From the NCBI GenBank assembly GCA_965228895.1, contig OZ245842.1:2272001-2336000 (forward strand): a stretch of 64,000 nucleotides of DNA. The letters run 5' to 3'. Shown piece after piece: positions 27,239 to 36,826 of the stretch (positions within the stretch are counted from its first letter, which is position 1; each line of letters opens with the position of its first letter). The notes below the pieces were generated by a model. It ran no database searches. It was not told where the DNA came from and was given only the letters and a program-made list of their open reading frames with translations. This DNA is from Alphaproteobacteria bacterium (GTDB lineage: Bacteria > Pseudomonadota > Alphaproteobacteria > SP197). The position numbers and the translations under genes were made by a program.

Positions 27239-28282
27239 CTAGAATTTCAGGACGATGACCACGAGAACCGCGAACATGAGCGGAAACCCGACCCGACAAA
27301 TCTGGTCAATCCGGCCGGCCAGCGCCACACGTTCCTTCGCGACCAGGTAGGTTGTCGTCAGTGACTGGATCAGAGCCAGAAACACGACGATCGTACAGAC
27401 GTTGATCAACCGATCCAGAATGGTGAAATAGCCGAGCTTCGGCACGACGTTCGACGTGGCGAAGATGAAGGCGATCAATGTCAGCATGGCCGTTGCCGAC
27501 AAGCCGATTTGCGTGCCGAAGTGCGCGGGATTGATCCAGAAGACAGACCATGACATCGCGACGATCAGCGCCAAAGGAAGCAGTACTTTCCAGACGTAGT
27601 AGTCCGAGATGCGCTGGGTCGAGATCGTCAGGTCGTAGCGCGCGTGGTAGCGGTCATAGGCGTCAACAAACTGGCTGTTGACGCTCCCTGTGGCGCTGTT
27701 GACCGTCCAGTCGGAAATGTTCAGGCGATCGGCCACGCCGGACAACCGTTCATCGACCAACAACATGACCTCATCCTCTGAAGCCTCAATGGGCAGCAGC
27801 GAAACGACAATCTCTTGCCGGTCGAACGGGAACTCCCGCAGGCTGTGGTAGCTCGCCATGGTGCCGAAGTACCGTTGAACGTACCTCACCTGCCCATCGG
27901 GCCCGACACTCACTTCCATCGGTCGGCTGGTGAACAGACGTCCCGAATTGCTGAACACCAGGCCCGGGGTCCACACGTCGTCAAGCGGGATCTCACATCC
28001 TTCAAGATCCGCGAGCCGCGGATCGATCCATGACACCACGACAACATAGTCGCCGGTTAGAGTCTGCGCGACATCGTTGATTTCGTGGAGGTCGGCCAGG
28101 CGAATGCCGACCGTGACCGACTCGGGCGCCCCGCCGTCGTTGGGGCGGACATGGGTGGCGAGGTGCGGTGTGGCGCAGGTTTCGTCAACTGTCGCCGCAT
28201 CCGATTGACCGTAGGACGGTTCCATCGAAAGAACGGCGCACAGTGCCACGACGAGAAGCGCAAGCGCCATTTCGACCCTCAT
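27239..28282 (-). CDS. Pentameric ligand-gated ion channel (prokaryotic pLGIC, GLIC/ELIC family)
   Basis: Signal peptide; WIDPRL, VWTPGLVFSN, Pro-loop LREFPFDRQ, pre-M1 R...YYVWKVLLPL, four TM helices with PKLGYFTILD M2-M3 loop. Confidence 0.92.
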   Translation of the reverse strand: MRVEMALALLVVALCAVLSMEPSYGQSDAATVDETCATPHLATHVRPNDGGAPESVTVGIRLADLHEINDVAQTLTGDYVVVVSWIDPRLADLEGCEIPLDDVWTPGLVFSNSGRLFTSRPMEVSVGPDGQVRYVQRYFGTMASYHSLREFPFDRQEIVVSLLPIEASEDEVMLLVDERLSGVADRLNISDWTVNSATGSVNSQFVDAYDRYHARYDLTISTQRISDYYVWKVLLPLALIVAMSWSVFWINPAHFGTQIGLSATAMLTLIAFIFATSNVVPKLGYFTILDRLINVCTIVVFLALIQSLTTTYLVAKERVALAGRIDQICRVGFPLMFAVLVVIVLKF

Positions 28283-28504
28283 GGGACAAGTCCCGGATCG
28301 TACACAAGAGGCGCGGCTGGCGTTTTGTGAAACGCGGTCGCGTTAGATGGATGCACGGCTGACGACACGCCCTGAATGTTCCCCGTAGAAAGGGTCCCAC
28401 GAAATCGCGATTCGGCCAAGCGCTTAGCCGCTGCGCGCATTACGGGTGGCAAGTTTCGACTTTTCGCGGTCGATGTGCGCTGCTAGGTATCCGTTGCAGG
28501 CGCA

Positions 28505-28594
28505 GGACGGGTGGCCGAGTGGTTGAAGGCAGCGGTCTTGAAAACCGCCAGGCGTGCAAGCGTCTCGTGGGTTCGAATCCCACCCCGTCCGCCA
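28505..28594 (+). tRNA. tRNA-Ser (anticodon TGA)
   Basis: Acceptor GGACGGG/CCCGTCC-GCCA; anticodon arm GCGGT-CTTGAAA-ACCGC; long variable arm; T-loop GGTTCGAATCC; encoded CCA. Confidence 0.98.
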
Positions 28595-28623
28595 TGCTGC
28601 AGCTTCTGCGTGCGAAGCGGGGG

Positions 28624-29484
28624 GTGTACATTTTGGTCGAGTTAGACTGGGGTGCCCGATGCGCCCCGACAACTGATGCCGTTGACGCCTATCTGAGCGG
28701 GCAGAACAGGCGCCATAGAGAGCGGTTGGTGCATGCCACGATCGATGGCCGTGCGGTCTGGATCAAGCGCTACGATGTGGAACGCCGAGCCGTTGGCCGG
28801 CTGCTGCATGCCGCGATCAGCCCTTTGATGCCATCGCCGGTCTTTAAGGCATCGCGATTTGCCAAGCCGTCGGAACTTGCCAAACGCGAGGAACGGAAGA
28901 TCGCGGCGTTTGCCGCCGCCGGCTTCTATGTCCCGCACGTGCTGTTGCGCAAGGACGCAACACTTGTCTTGTCCCACGAGGGGCCATCGCTACAGGTCCA
29001 ACTGGCGGAGCTTCGCAGGGACGATACCGACGCAGCCGCTGCGATCCACGATGATCTGCTCTGTCGGACCCCACAGATCTTAGGCGACGTTCATACCGCA
29101 GGTCTGTGTCATGGGCGCCCACATACGCGCGACATGTCAATGCAGAACGACCGCTGGTGCTTCTTCGACTTTGAAGAAGAGCCAGAGGCGGTTATGCCGT
29201 TGTCCATGGCACAGGCACGCGACGTGTGGCTGATGTTTTTTCCGATCACCCATGCAGCTCTGGCGCCGGACACGCCTGCGCGCGCATTTGACGCTTATCG
29301 AACGGCCGCCCCGCCTGAAGTCCTGGATAACCTGAGGACCCTCGTCGGTTCGTTCGTGGGGGTGCTGCCCATTCTACGAGCCATCCTGCGCGTGCGTCCC
29401 GGTGGCGATCTCGGCCGCCTCAGAAAGGTGACGGAATTGATGATGCGCGAGCTGGGTTTGCGCGACGACGTGACGAACCGTTGA
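28624..29484 (+). CDS. Protein-kinase-like fold protein (InaA/Kdo-WaaP/BUD32-like)
   Basis: VWIKR, HGRPHTRD catalytic-loop variant, FFDFEE; start uncertain (GTG 28624), since the listed ORF start lies inside the tRNA. Confidence 0.7.
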   Translation: MYILVELDWGARCAPTTDAVDAYLSGQNRRHRERLVHATIDGRAVWIKRYDVERRAVGRLLHAAISPLMPSPVFKASRFAKPSELAKREERKIAAFAAAGFYVPHVLLRKDATLVLSHEGPSLQVQLAELRRDDTDAAAAIHDDLLCRTPQILGDVHTAGLCHGRPHTRDMSMQNDRWCFFDFEEEPEAVMPLSMAQARDVWLMFFPITHAALAPDTPARAFDAYRTAAPPEVLDNLRTLVGSFVGVLPILRAILRVRPGGDLGRLRKVTELMMRELGLRDDVTNR

Positions 29485-29488
29485 CGTC

Positions 29489-30313
29489 GTGAACGAGGAC
29501 GTGTCCAAGGCTCGGGTCAGGGCCTTCTATGATGGCGATCCCCAGCGGGAGTGGAACAGGCTATCGGAGTCCTGGCTGGAGTATCAGGTCACGCGAGAGA
29601 TGATCGATCGGGTGTTGTCTGAGCCGTCGCGAGTCCTCGACATCGGCGGCGGTCCCGGTGTGTATGCTCTTGATCTCGCGGCAAGCGGTCATTGCGTTGA
29701 TTTGGTCGACCTGTCCGACGCCAACATTGCGTTCGCGCAAGCCAGAGCGGAAGAGCGGGATGTGGCGCTTCATCGTGCCGAGGTGGGTGATGCGACCTGT
29801 CTCGCGGACTATGAGACCGGAACCTACGACCTCGTGCTCTGCCTGGGACCGCTCTACCATTTGCCTGAGAGCGATGATCGGGAGCGTGCTGTTCGCGAGG
29901 CCGTCCGCGTGCTCAAGCCGGGTGGTGTTGGGTTCTTCGCCTACCTGTCGCGTTACGCGCCCATTTACTACCAGCTCAAGACGGAGCGCGAGACGATCGC
30001 GAGCATGCAGGCGACCATCCATTCGGTTCTCGAGACCGGCGTTCATCGCGTCAGTTCGGATGACGGTGCATTCTTCACTGACGCCTACTTCACTGACCCC
30101 CGAACGATCGCGTCGGACATGAATGATGTTGGTCTGGAAGAACTCAGTGTATTCGGCGCCGAAGGTGGTATGGCGCAGAGCGAAACGGCGCTTCTTGCCC
30201 TGGACGATGACGCTAAGGCTGCCTGGCAGCGTATCGCATCGTACTTGGCAACGAGCCCGGCCGGTCTCTATGGGTCCGAGCACCTGGTCTACGTCGGACG
30301 CAAGACGCGGTAG
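29489..30313 (+). CDS. Class I SAM-dependent methyltransferase
   Basis: VLDIGGGPG, DLVDLS, VLCLGPLYHL, RVLKPGG. Confidence 0.92.
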   Translation: MNEDVSKARVRAFYDGDPQREWNRLSESWLEYQVTREMIDRVLSEPSRVLDIGGGPGVYALDLAASGHCVDLVDLSDANIAFAQARAEERDVALHRAEVGDATCLADYETGTYDLVLCLGPLYHLPESDDRERAVREAVRVLKPGGVGFFAYLSRYAPIYYQLKTERETIASMQATIHSVLETGVHRVSSDDGAFFTDAYFTDPRTIASDMNDVGLEELSVFGAEGGMAQSETALLALDDDAKAAWQRIASYLATSPAGLYGSEHLVYVGRKTR

Positions 30314-31047
30314 CGATAGCCGTAGACAGTGTTAAATCCGAACGAAGCATAGAGCGCGTGGGCCGGAGCGTTGGCCTCGACAACCTGAAGCGCGCCCTGT
30401 GTGGCGCCCTCGTCTCTGCCCCAGGCCATCAGGCTTTCCATGATCTTGCGCCCATGACCGCGCCGTCTGTGGTCACGACGCGTGAGCATGTCGTAGAAAC
30501 TGACATAACCGCGCTCAGCGACGGCCATGCCGAAGGCGACGGCCTCGCCATGTTGCTCGACACGGGCGAGCTTGGCGTTTGGCACAATGGCGGCCAGCAT
30601 CGCGCGCAGGGTTGTTTGCTGTGCTGCGTTCAAGTCGTCGGCCTGCGCGAACGCTCGAAGCCACGTGGCGTCGTCGAGGTCGCTCAGCGTGACATCCGGT
30701 GCGTACGACCAGTCGGATTGCATGTCGGCCACCTGCACCAGACTGGATTCGACGAGGTCGTAGCCGCGCGCTGCGAGTGCATCCTCCAACGCTTCGGGCG
30801 ACAATGGCGTCAGGCGGAAAGTCACCGCCAGGCCGGCGCGGGCATAACACGTCTCGGCCCAGGCAATTATGTCGTCCAGTGGCAGGCTACCCGGCAAAAG
30901 CGCATGGACGGAGTTGGCGCGTTTGGTGTGCCCGCGCGCCTGGCGCAGAACCCAGCCGTCGCGTTCGGTCTGGCGTAGTGCCGGCCAGGCGTTGCGCGAG
31001 ATTTCTTCGAGCTTGGTAACCAACTCCGGTGCAGCCACTCTCTCCAT
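30289..31047 (-). CDS. GNAT family N-acetyltransferase
   Basis: NAWPA...GWVLR...TKRANS; RRRGHG acetyl-CoA motif; LQVVEANAPAHALYASFGF; start ATG 31047. Confidence 0.88.
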   Translation of the reverse strand: MERVAAPELVTKLEEISRNAWPALRQTERDGWVLRQARGHTKRANSVHALLPGSLPLDDIIAWAETCYARAGLAVTFRLTPLSPEALEDALAARGYDLVESSLVQVADMQSDWSYAPDVTLSDLDDATWLRAFAQADDLNAAQQTTLRAMLAAIVPNAKLARVEQHGEAVAFGMAVAERGYVSFYDMLTRRDHRRRGHGRKIMESLMAWGRDEGATQGALQVVEANAPAHALYASFGFNTVYGYRYRVLRPT

Positions 31048-31186
31048 GATATCTCTCAGCAACGAAAGGCCGTGAGACATGCCCCAGACCGGCACGCCAA
31101 TCAAGAAAAGCCGTATGGCCTCATCTGGATTGACGGGAGAACCCCTTGCCCTGAAGCTAGCTCTTCCTGAAGCGAGAGAGTGCACC

Positions 31187-31789
31187 ATGACGACAATGAC
31201 AGTCCCCGCGGCCGAGGGCCGCGCGGTTGACGTGACCGCCGGCCAGACTATTCGCGTGACGACGCCCCACGGTCACCAGGCAGCGGATTTCTTTGCCTAT
31301 AGTGCCGAAGATTTGTCGGAATGGCTGTCGCCCATGCACACGTGGGTCACGACGCGCAGCGTGAAACCACGTCCAGGCGACCAGTTTCTATCGCGTTTTC
31401 GCCGGCCCATGCTGACGCTGACCGGCGATACGGCGGAAGGCTGCCACGACATGCTGATCGCTGCCTGCGACCAAAAACGCTACGAGCATTTCGGCTTTGA
31501 GGGTCATCACCGCAGTTGCTCGGAGAACCTGGCGATCGCCATGAACGAGCGCGGCCATGCGGTGGCCGTGACGCCGCAACCCGTCAATTTCTTCACCAAC
31601 ACGCTGGTCGATCCCGATGGCGCCCTGCTCTCGCCGCCGAACCCGGTCGCGCCCGGCGCCTATGTTGAGATGGAAGCACTGATGGATCTGATCTGCATCG
31701 TCTCGTCCTGCCCGTTCGACCTGAAGATCGAAGGCTGGACGATCAATGCGGCGGGCGGGCCGAGTGAACTGGAGATCGCGATCCGCTGA
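31187..31789 (+). CDS. DUF1989 / urea carboxylase-associated family protein
   Basis: GHQAADF, HDMLIAACD, HRSCSENL, PVNFFTN, VSSCP. Confidence 0.88.
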   Translation: MTTMTVPAAEGRAVDVTAGQTIRVTTPHGHQAADFFAYSAEDLSEWLSPMHTWVTTRSVKPRPGDQFLSRFRRPMLTLTGDTAEGCHDMLIAACDQKRYEHFGFEGHHRSCSENLAIAMNERGHAVAVTPQPVNFFTNTLVDPDGALLSPPNPVAPGAYVEMEALMDLICIVSSCPFDLKIEGWTINAAGGPSELEIAIR

Positions 31790-32041
31790 TCAGCCGCCCT
31801 TGATAGGCGGAAAGACGGTGAGTTCGTCGCCGTCGGTCAGAACCGCCTCGTCCTGTACTGAGGGACGTACGACCGCGTCGTTGACCAGCGTCATGTACAT
31901 CTCTGCGGCCGCCACATCGAGATGATCCAGCGCATCGGCGACCGTTGCGCCGTCCGGTAACTCGATCTCGCCTTCACCGTTGTCATCGATGTTCGGAATG
32001 GCGTCGCCGACATAGGCGACCAGCCGAACCGCGATCTTCAT
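31790..32041 (-). CDS. MoaD/ThiS family sulfur carrier
   Basis: 83 aa beta-grasp ending FPPIKGG. Confidence 0.9.
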   Translation of the reverse strand: MKIAVRLVAYVGDAIPNIDDNGEGEIELPDGATVADALDHLDVAAAEMYMTLVNDAVVRPSVQDEAVLTDGDELTVFPPIKGG

Positions 32042-32044
32042 GCC

Positions 32045-33874
32045 TCAGGCAAGGCCCAGCCGGGTCAAGGTCTGACCGCGCGGGTTGCCTTCCTCGTCCC
32101 AGCCACGGCTATCGTAGTAATCCGGCAACATGTCGCCGAGGCGCGCGACCTGTCCCTTGGCGGTGCCCGATGGCGCTGGCTCGTTCAGCATGCGCGGCGG
32201 CAAGGTATCGTCGGCACGGCCCAGGCCCGCCTTGATATTGAACAGGCGCTCCAGGTTCCAGATGCGCTCGCCGGTTTCGCGGATGCGCTCGGTGGTCCAG
32301 GTGCTCTCCAGATCGCCATTCAGCATCGCCGCGATCTGATCGGTCGAGATGGCGCCGCCAACAAAGGCGCAGATGCCGGCGGAGTCGAAGGATGCCGCGC
32401 GTTCATCCTGGGTGGTGCGCACGATCTCGACCTTGTCATCGAGTTCCTGGGTCTGGAAGTCCGACTGGAACGGGCTGGCGCGCAGATGGCAGGCACCGCG
32501 ATTCGACGTGGCGTAAGCCAAGGCCATGCCTTGCATCGCACGCGGGTCGTAACCGGCGAATTCCTGGCCTTTGACCACCATGGCCAGTTCCGGTCGGCCG
32601 TACTTCTCGCACAGTCGCTTGGCGCCCAGGCCGACCACGCGGCCAAAACCCTCGCCCTTGGCCGTCTGTTCGCTCATCGCGACGAGGCCCTCGGCCGATC
32701 CGAAAGAGAGATCGACGCCGCCTGTCTCATCCTTGGTGATGACGCCTTCTTCATAAAGCTCCATGGCGGCCGCCAAGGCCCCGCCGAAGCTGATGGTGTC
32801 CATGCCGTCCTCGTTGCACAGGAAATTGGCATAGGTCACGGCGTCGATGTCATCGACACCGACCATGGCGCCCAGCGCGAACGCGTTCTCGTACTCCAGA
32901 CCACCGGAAGCGTGGTGGTATTGCGGCTTATCCTTCACCGAGAAGTGCTGGGGATCGATCGTCGCGATGCGGCCGCAAGCTATGGTGCAGGCAAAACATG
33001 CCTTGGTGGCGACAAGGTTCGCCTTGCCGTCGCTCTTCCTGACCTTGCGCGACGCCGCCGCGTTGATCTTGTCGGCGCCGTCGAACTGGACCTCGCGGTC
33101 GTTCATTGTCGGCAGGCTGCCGAACTTGTGGGTCACATCCAGCATCGCGTGGGTGCCGATGGTCGACAGGCGTTTGCGGACGGGATGGGGTTGTAGCGTG
33201 CCTTTGGCAGCGTTGACCGCGGCCATGAACGCCTTGCCGTCGTGCGCCGTCACCCCCTTGGTGCCGCGTGCCGCCACCGCCTTCAGGTTCTTTGAACCCA
33301 TGACGGCGCCAACCCCGGACCGGCCGGCGGCGCGGTGGAGATCGTTGACGACACAGGCGAAACGCACGCCCTCCTCGCCGGCGCGGCCGATCGACGCCAC
33401 CTTGATTTCCGGATCGCCGAGTTCGGCCTTGATCGCCGGTTCGATATCCCAGACCGAGCGGCCCCACAGATGACCGGCATCGCGCAGTTCGGCCTCGTCG
33501 TCATGGATGTGCAGGTAGACCGGTCTCGGAGACTTGCCCTTGATGATGACCATATCCCAGCCGGCAATCTTAATTTCCGCGCCGACCTTGCCGCCGGAGT
33601 TGGAACAGGCGATGGCACCGGTCAGCGCGCCCTTGGTCACCACGGAGTAACGCCCGGCGGTCGGTGCCATGGTGCCTGTCAGCGGCCCGGTCGCAAAAAT
33701 CAGCACGTTGCCGGGATCGAGCGCATCGACGGCCGGGTCCATCTCCTCATAGAGGTACTTGGAGGCAAGTCCGCGCTGGCCAAGATACTGCTCCGCCCAC
33801 TCGGTGTTCAGCGGTTCGCCGGTGCACGTGCCGGCGGTTAGGTCAACACGCAGGATCTTGCCGGTCCAGGCCAT
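32045..33874 (-). CDS. aor: Aldehyde:ferredoxin oxidoreductase (tungstopterin AOR family)
   Basis: GKILRVDL, AAGRSGVGAVMGSKNLKA, CFACTIACG, EYE, DGMDTIS, YDPR, RGACH, DTLPPR. Confidence 0.93.
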   Translation of the reverse strand: MAWTGKILRVDLTAGTCTGEPLNTEWAEQYLGQRGLASKYLYEEMDPAVDALDPGNVLIFATGPLTGTMAPTAGRYSVVTKGALTGAIACSNSGGKVGAEIKIAGWDMVIIKGKSPRPVYLHIHDDEAELRDAGHLWGRSVWDIEPAIKAELGDPEIKVASIGRAGEEGVRFACVVNDLHRAAGRSGVGAVMGSKNLKAVAARGTKGVTAHDGKAFMAAVNAAKGTLQPHPVRKRLSTIGTHAMLDVTHKFGSLPTMNDREVQFDGADKINAAASRKVRKSDGKANLVATKACFACTIACGRIATIDPQHFSVKDKPQYHHASGGLEYENAFALGAMVGVDDIDAVTYANFLCNEDGMDTISFGGALAAAMELYEEGVITKDETGGVDLSFGSAEGLVAMSEQTAKGEGFGRVVGLGAKRLCEKYGRPELAMVVKGQEFAGYDPRAMQGMALAYATSNRGACHLRASPFQSDFQTQELDDKVEIVRTTQDERAASFDSAGICAFVGGAISTDQIAAMLNGDLESTWTTERIRETGERIWNLERLFNIKAGLGRADDTLPPRMLNEPAPSGTAKGQVARLGDMLPDYYDSRGWDEEGNPRGQTLTRLGLA

Positions 33875-33995
33875 ACAAACTCTCCATCGAAAGACAACGC
33901 GGCGCGCATGCTAGTCGATAGAGGCCGGTGATGACACCCGTGTTCGTGCCGGCCCGTTTGTTGTCTGGTTTGACGGCCACGATAGGCGACATCGG

Positions 33996-34877
33996 CTAGG
34001 CATAGTCGGGCACGACATAGAACATGGCGCGCGCGAGGTCGCCCGTGTAGTTCCAGAACTGATGGGGTGTGCCGCGCGGCAGGTAAAGGCAGTCCTTTTC
34101 GCCCAACTCAAACCAGTCAAAGGTCGCCGGCAGGTGGACGTTGACGCGGCCCTTTTCACAGAAAACAACCTTGTCGCCACCCTCGTGGACCAAGACGTCA
34201 CCGCGAAACGATGCGGGCAAGCTCAGGCTGCCCGCGGTCATTTGGTCGGTGCTCACGTAAAGTGACTCACGGGCCTGCGACGCCTCGCCCTGCAGCACGT
34301 GAAGCGCATCCTCCTCGCCAAGCGTAACGACCGCGCCGTCGCACAGGCGTCGGTCGCGTTCGCCCGGCAAGGCGGCGGGCCACGTGCCAAGGAGATCGCG
34401 TCGCGCGTTCACGACCTCATCCAGATCGGGTTTGGTTTCCCCGAAGACGACTTCGGGCACATCCGGCGGGCGTTCCTGGGGCGCGTACCAGTCCAAGACG
34501 ACGGTTTCGATCGCGCCGAAGTTGAACCCGAAATGCCACTTGGCGCCACGCCAAAAGATCGCTTCGCCCGGCTGCGCGACCGCGACATCGCCGGTCTCCG
34601 GGTCCTGGATGGTCAACTCGCCTTGCAGCACGTAATAGAAGCGGTCCTGGTCGAACAACGCTTTCCATTTCCGTGAACTGCGAAAGTTTCGCCCTGGCGC
34701 GAGTGTGAAGATCAAGCAGCTTATCGATTGGCCACGGCCATAGATGATGTCGTTGACCTCGCCCGACTGCTCGTCGCCCCAAAGGAAACGCAAGGTCTCG
34801 CCATAACCGACGCGCATCGGCTGGTCGGCGAACAAAGGAACGTTCGTTGGTGCCTGTACCGCCTGCTTTTTTGCCAT
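33996..34877 (-). CDS. Cupin-fold (bicupin-like) protein
   Basis: Two cupin-like repeats: YYVLQGEL...WHFGFN and VHEGGD.VVFCEKG...LYLPRGTPHQFWN. Confidence 0.7.
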   Translation of the reverse strand: MAKKQAVQAPTNVPLFADQPMRVGYGETLRFLWGDEQSGEVNDIIYGRGQSISCLIFTLAPGRNFRSSRKWKALFDQDRFYYVLQGELTIQDPETGDVAVAQPGEAIFWRGAKWHFGFNFGAIETVVLDWYAPQERPPDVPEVVFGETKPDLDEVVNARRDLLGTWPAALPGERDRRLCDGAVVTLGEEDALHVLQGEASQARESLYVSTDQMTAGSLSLPASFRGDVLVHEGGDKVVFCEKGRVNVHLPATFDWFELGEKDCLYLPRGTPHQFWNYTGDLARAMFYVVPDYA

Positions 34878-34921
34878 GACGACCCCCGGTCTTAGCCGAA
34901 TGGGAGTCTATCAGACGCGTA

Positions 34922-36826
34922 TCAGGTGATCATACCTCTCTCGCGCAGCATGGCGACGACCTGATCGGCGGCCTCCTCGGCCGTCATCGTTTCGGTCTTC
35001 AGCGTCAGCTCTGCGGCTTCCGGCGCTTCGTAAGGTGAGTCGATGCCCGTGAAGTTTGCGATCTTGCCGGCCCGCGCCTTCTCATAAAGCCCCTTGGGAT
35101 CGCGGCCTTCGCAGATTTCGAGCGGCGTGTCGACGAAGATTTCCATAAACTCGTTCTCAGGAACGGTTTCGCGCGCCATGCGCCGCTCGCTGCGGAACGG
35201 CGAGATGAACGAGACCAGGACGATGATGCCGGCATCGACGAACAGCCTGGCAACCTCTGAAACACGGCGGATGTTCTCGACACGATCGGCGTCGGTAAAA
35301 CCGAGGTCGCGGTTAAGGCCGTGGCGGACGTTGTCGCCGTCCAGCACATAGGTGTGGCGCCCGATCGCGTGCAGGCGCTTTTCGACCAGGTTGGCGATCG
35401 TCGACTTGCCGGAGCCGCTAAGACCGGTGAACCAGAGGATGCCTGGCGCCTGGCTCTTCAGCCGCGAATGGGCCGCCTTGTCGACATCCAGCTCCTGCCA
35501 GGCGATGTTCGCGCCACGGCGCAGCGCAAAGCTTATGGCGCCCGCGCCCACGGTGCCGTTGGTCAACCGGTCGACCAGGATGAACCCGCCGGTCTGGCGA
35601 TTGTCCTCGTAAGCATCGAAGGGGATCGCCTGATCCAGCGACAGGTTGCACCAGCCGATCTCGTTGAGGTGCAGGTCTTTCGCGGCCTGATGATCGAGCG
35701 TGTTGACGTTGACCTTGTACTTCAGCTCCGTGATCGTCGCGGTCACGGTCTTGGTGGCACTCTGCATGATGTATTCACGGCCTGGATAGAGCGGCTCATC
35801 GCTCATCCACAGCAGGTGAACACCGAACTGGTCGGAGACCTCGCACGGTTTATCGAGGGCCGCGAGGATGTCGCCGCGACTGATGTCGATTTCATCCTCA
35901 AGGGTCAGTGTGACCGCCTGGCCCGTTACGGCGCTGTCGAGATCACCATCATAGGTGACGATCCGCTCCACCTTGCTTTTGCGGCCGGACGGCAGCGCAA
36001 TCACAGGATCGCCCGGCAGGACGCGGCCGCCGGCAATGGTGCCGCTATAGCCCCTGAAATCCAGATTGGGGCGCGACACAAGCTGTACCGGCAGACGGAA
36101 TGGCTGCTCGACATCGGCAGCGGCGAGGTCGACGGTCTCCAGGTGCGCCATGAGTGTCGGGCCGCCATACCATGGCGTGGTGTCGCCGGCCGTCAGCACG
36201 TTGTCGCCCTTGAGCGCCGACATCGGGATCGCTGTGATGTTGTCGACGCCAAGCCCGCTTGCGAAGACGCGGTAGTCGTTGACGATGGTATCGAAGACGT
36301 CCTCGGAATAGTCCACCAGGTCCATCTTGTTGACGGCCAGGACGACCTGACGGATGCCCATCAACGAGACGATAAAGCTGTGCCGGCGTGTCTGAGTCAG
36401 AACGCCTTTGCGGGCGTCGACCAGGATCACGGCGAGCGATGCGGTCGATGCGCCCGTCGCCATGTTGCGCGTGTATTGTTCGTGCCCGGGCGTGTCGGCC
36501 ACGATGAACTTGCGCTTGTCGGTCGAAAAGAACCGGTAGGCGACGTCAATGGTGATGCCCTGCTCGCGTTCGGCCTGCAGACCGTCGACCAGCAAAGCTA
36601 GATCGACATCGTCGCCGGTCGTGCCCGACACCTTGCTGTCGCGCTCTAACGCGTCAAGCTGGTCTTCGTAGATCAGCTTGGAGTCATAGAGCAGCCGGCC
36701 GATCAGTGTGCTCTTGCCGTCATCGACACTGCCGCAGGTGATGAAACGCAAGAGGCTCTTGTGTTCCTGTTCGGCCAGGAACTCTTCGATCGAGGGCTGC
36801 GCCACGATTGCCTGGTCGCTCGCCAT
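34922..36826 (-). CDS. cysNC: Bifunctional sulfate adenylyltransferase subunit 1 / adenylyl-sulfate kinase
   Basis: [34 protein letters not shown]; C-terminal [22 protein letters not shown]. Confidence 0.97.
   Translation of the reverse strand: MASDQAIVAQPSIEEFLAEQEHKSLLRFITCGSVDDGKSTLIGRLLYDSKLIYEDQLDALERDSKVSGTTGDDVDLALLVDGLQAEREQGITIDVAYRFFSTDKRKFIVADTPGHEQYTRNMATGASTASLAVILVDARKGVLTQTRRHSFIVSLMGIRQVVLAVNKMDLVDYSEDVFDTIVNDYRVFASGLGVDNITAIPMSALKGDNVLTAGDTTPWYGGPTLMAHLETVDLAAADVEQPFRLPVQLVSRPNLDFRGYSGTIAGGRVLPGDPVIALPSGRKSKVERIVTYDGDLDSAVTGQAVTLTLEDEIDISRGDILAALDKPCEVSDQFGVHLLWMSDEPLYPGREYIMQSATKTVTATITELKYKVNVNTLDHQAAKDLHLNEIGWCNLSLDQAIPFDAYEDNRQTGGFILVDRLTNGTVGAGAISFALRRGANIAWQELDVDKAAHSRLKSQAPGILWFTGLSGSGKSTIANLVEKRLHAIGRHTYVLDGDNVRHGLNRDLGFTDADRVENIRRVSEVARLFVDAGIIVLVSFISPFRSERRMARETVPENEFMEIFVDTPLEICEGRDPKGLYEKARAGKIANFTGIDSPYEAPEAAELTLKTETMTAEEAADQVVAMLRERGMIT

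Noticed and set aside
28575-28594. Genomic island integrated at the tRNA-Ser 3' end
   Set aside because: No integrase and no convincing duplicated 3' end; only short chance matches (near 24650 and 47675).
28519-28623. Protein-coding overlap with tRNA-Ser
   Set aside because: The ORF finder extended to an upstream alternative start; the region is a complete tRNA.
31048-31186. Guanidine riboswitch upstream of the DUF1989 gene
   Set aside because: No ykkC-type or paired ACGR-hairpin consensus recognisable.
33875-33995. Moco/Wco riboswitch upstream of aor
   Set aside because: No recognisable consensus in the short intergenic region.
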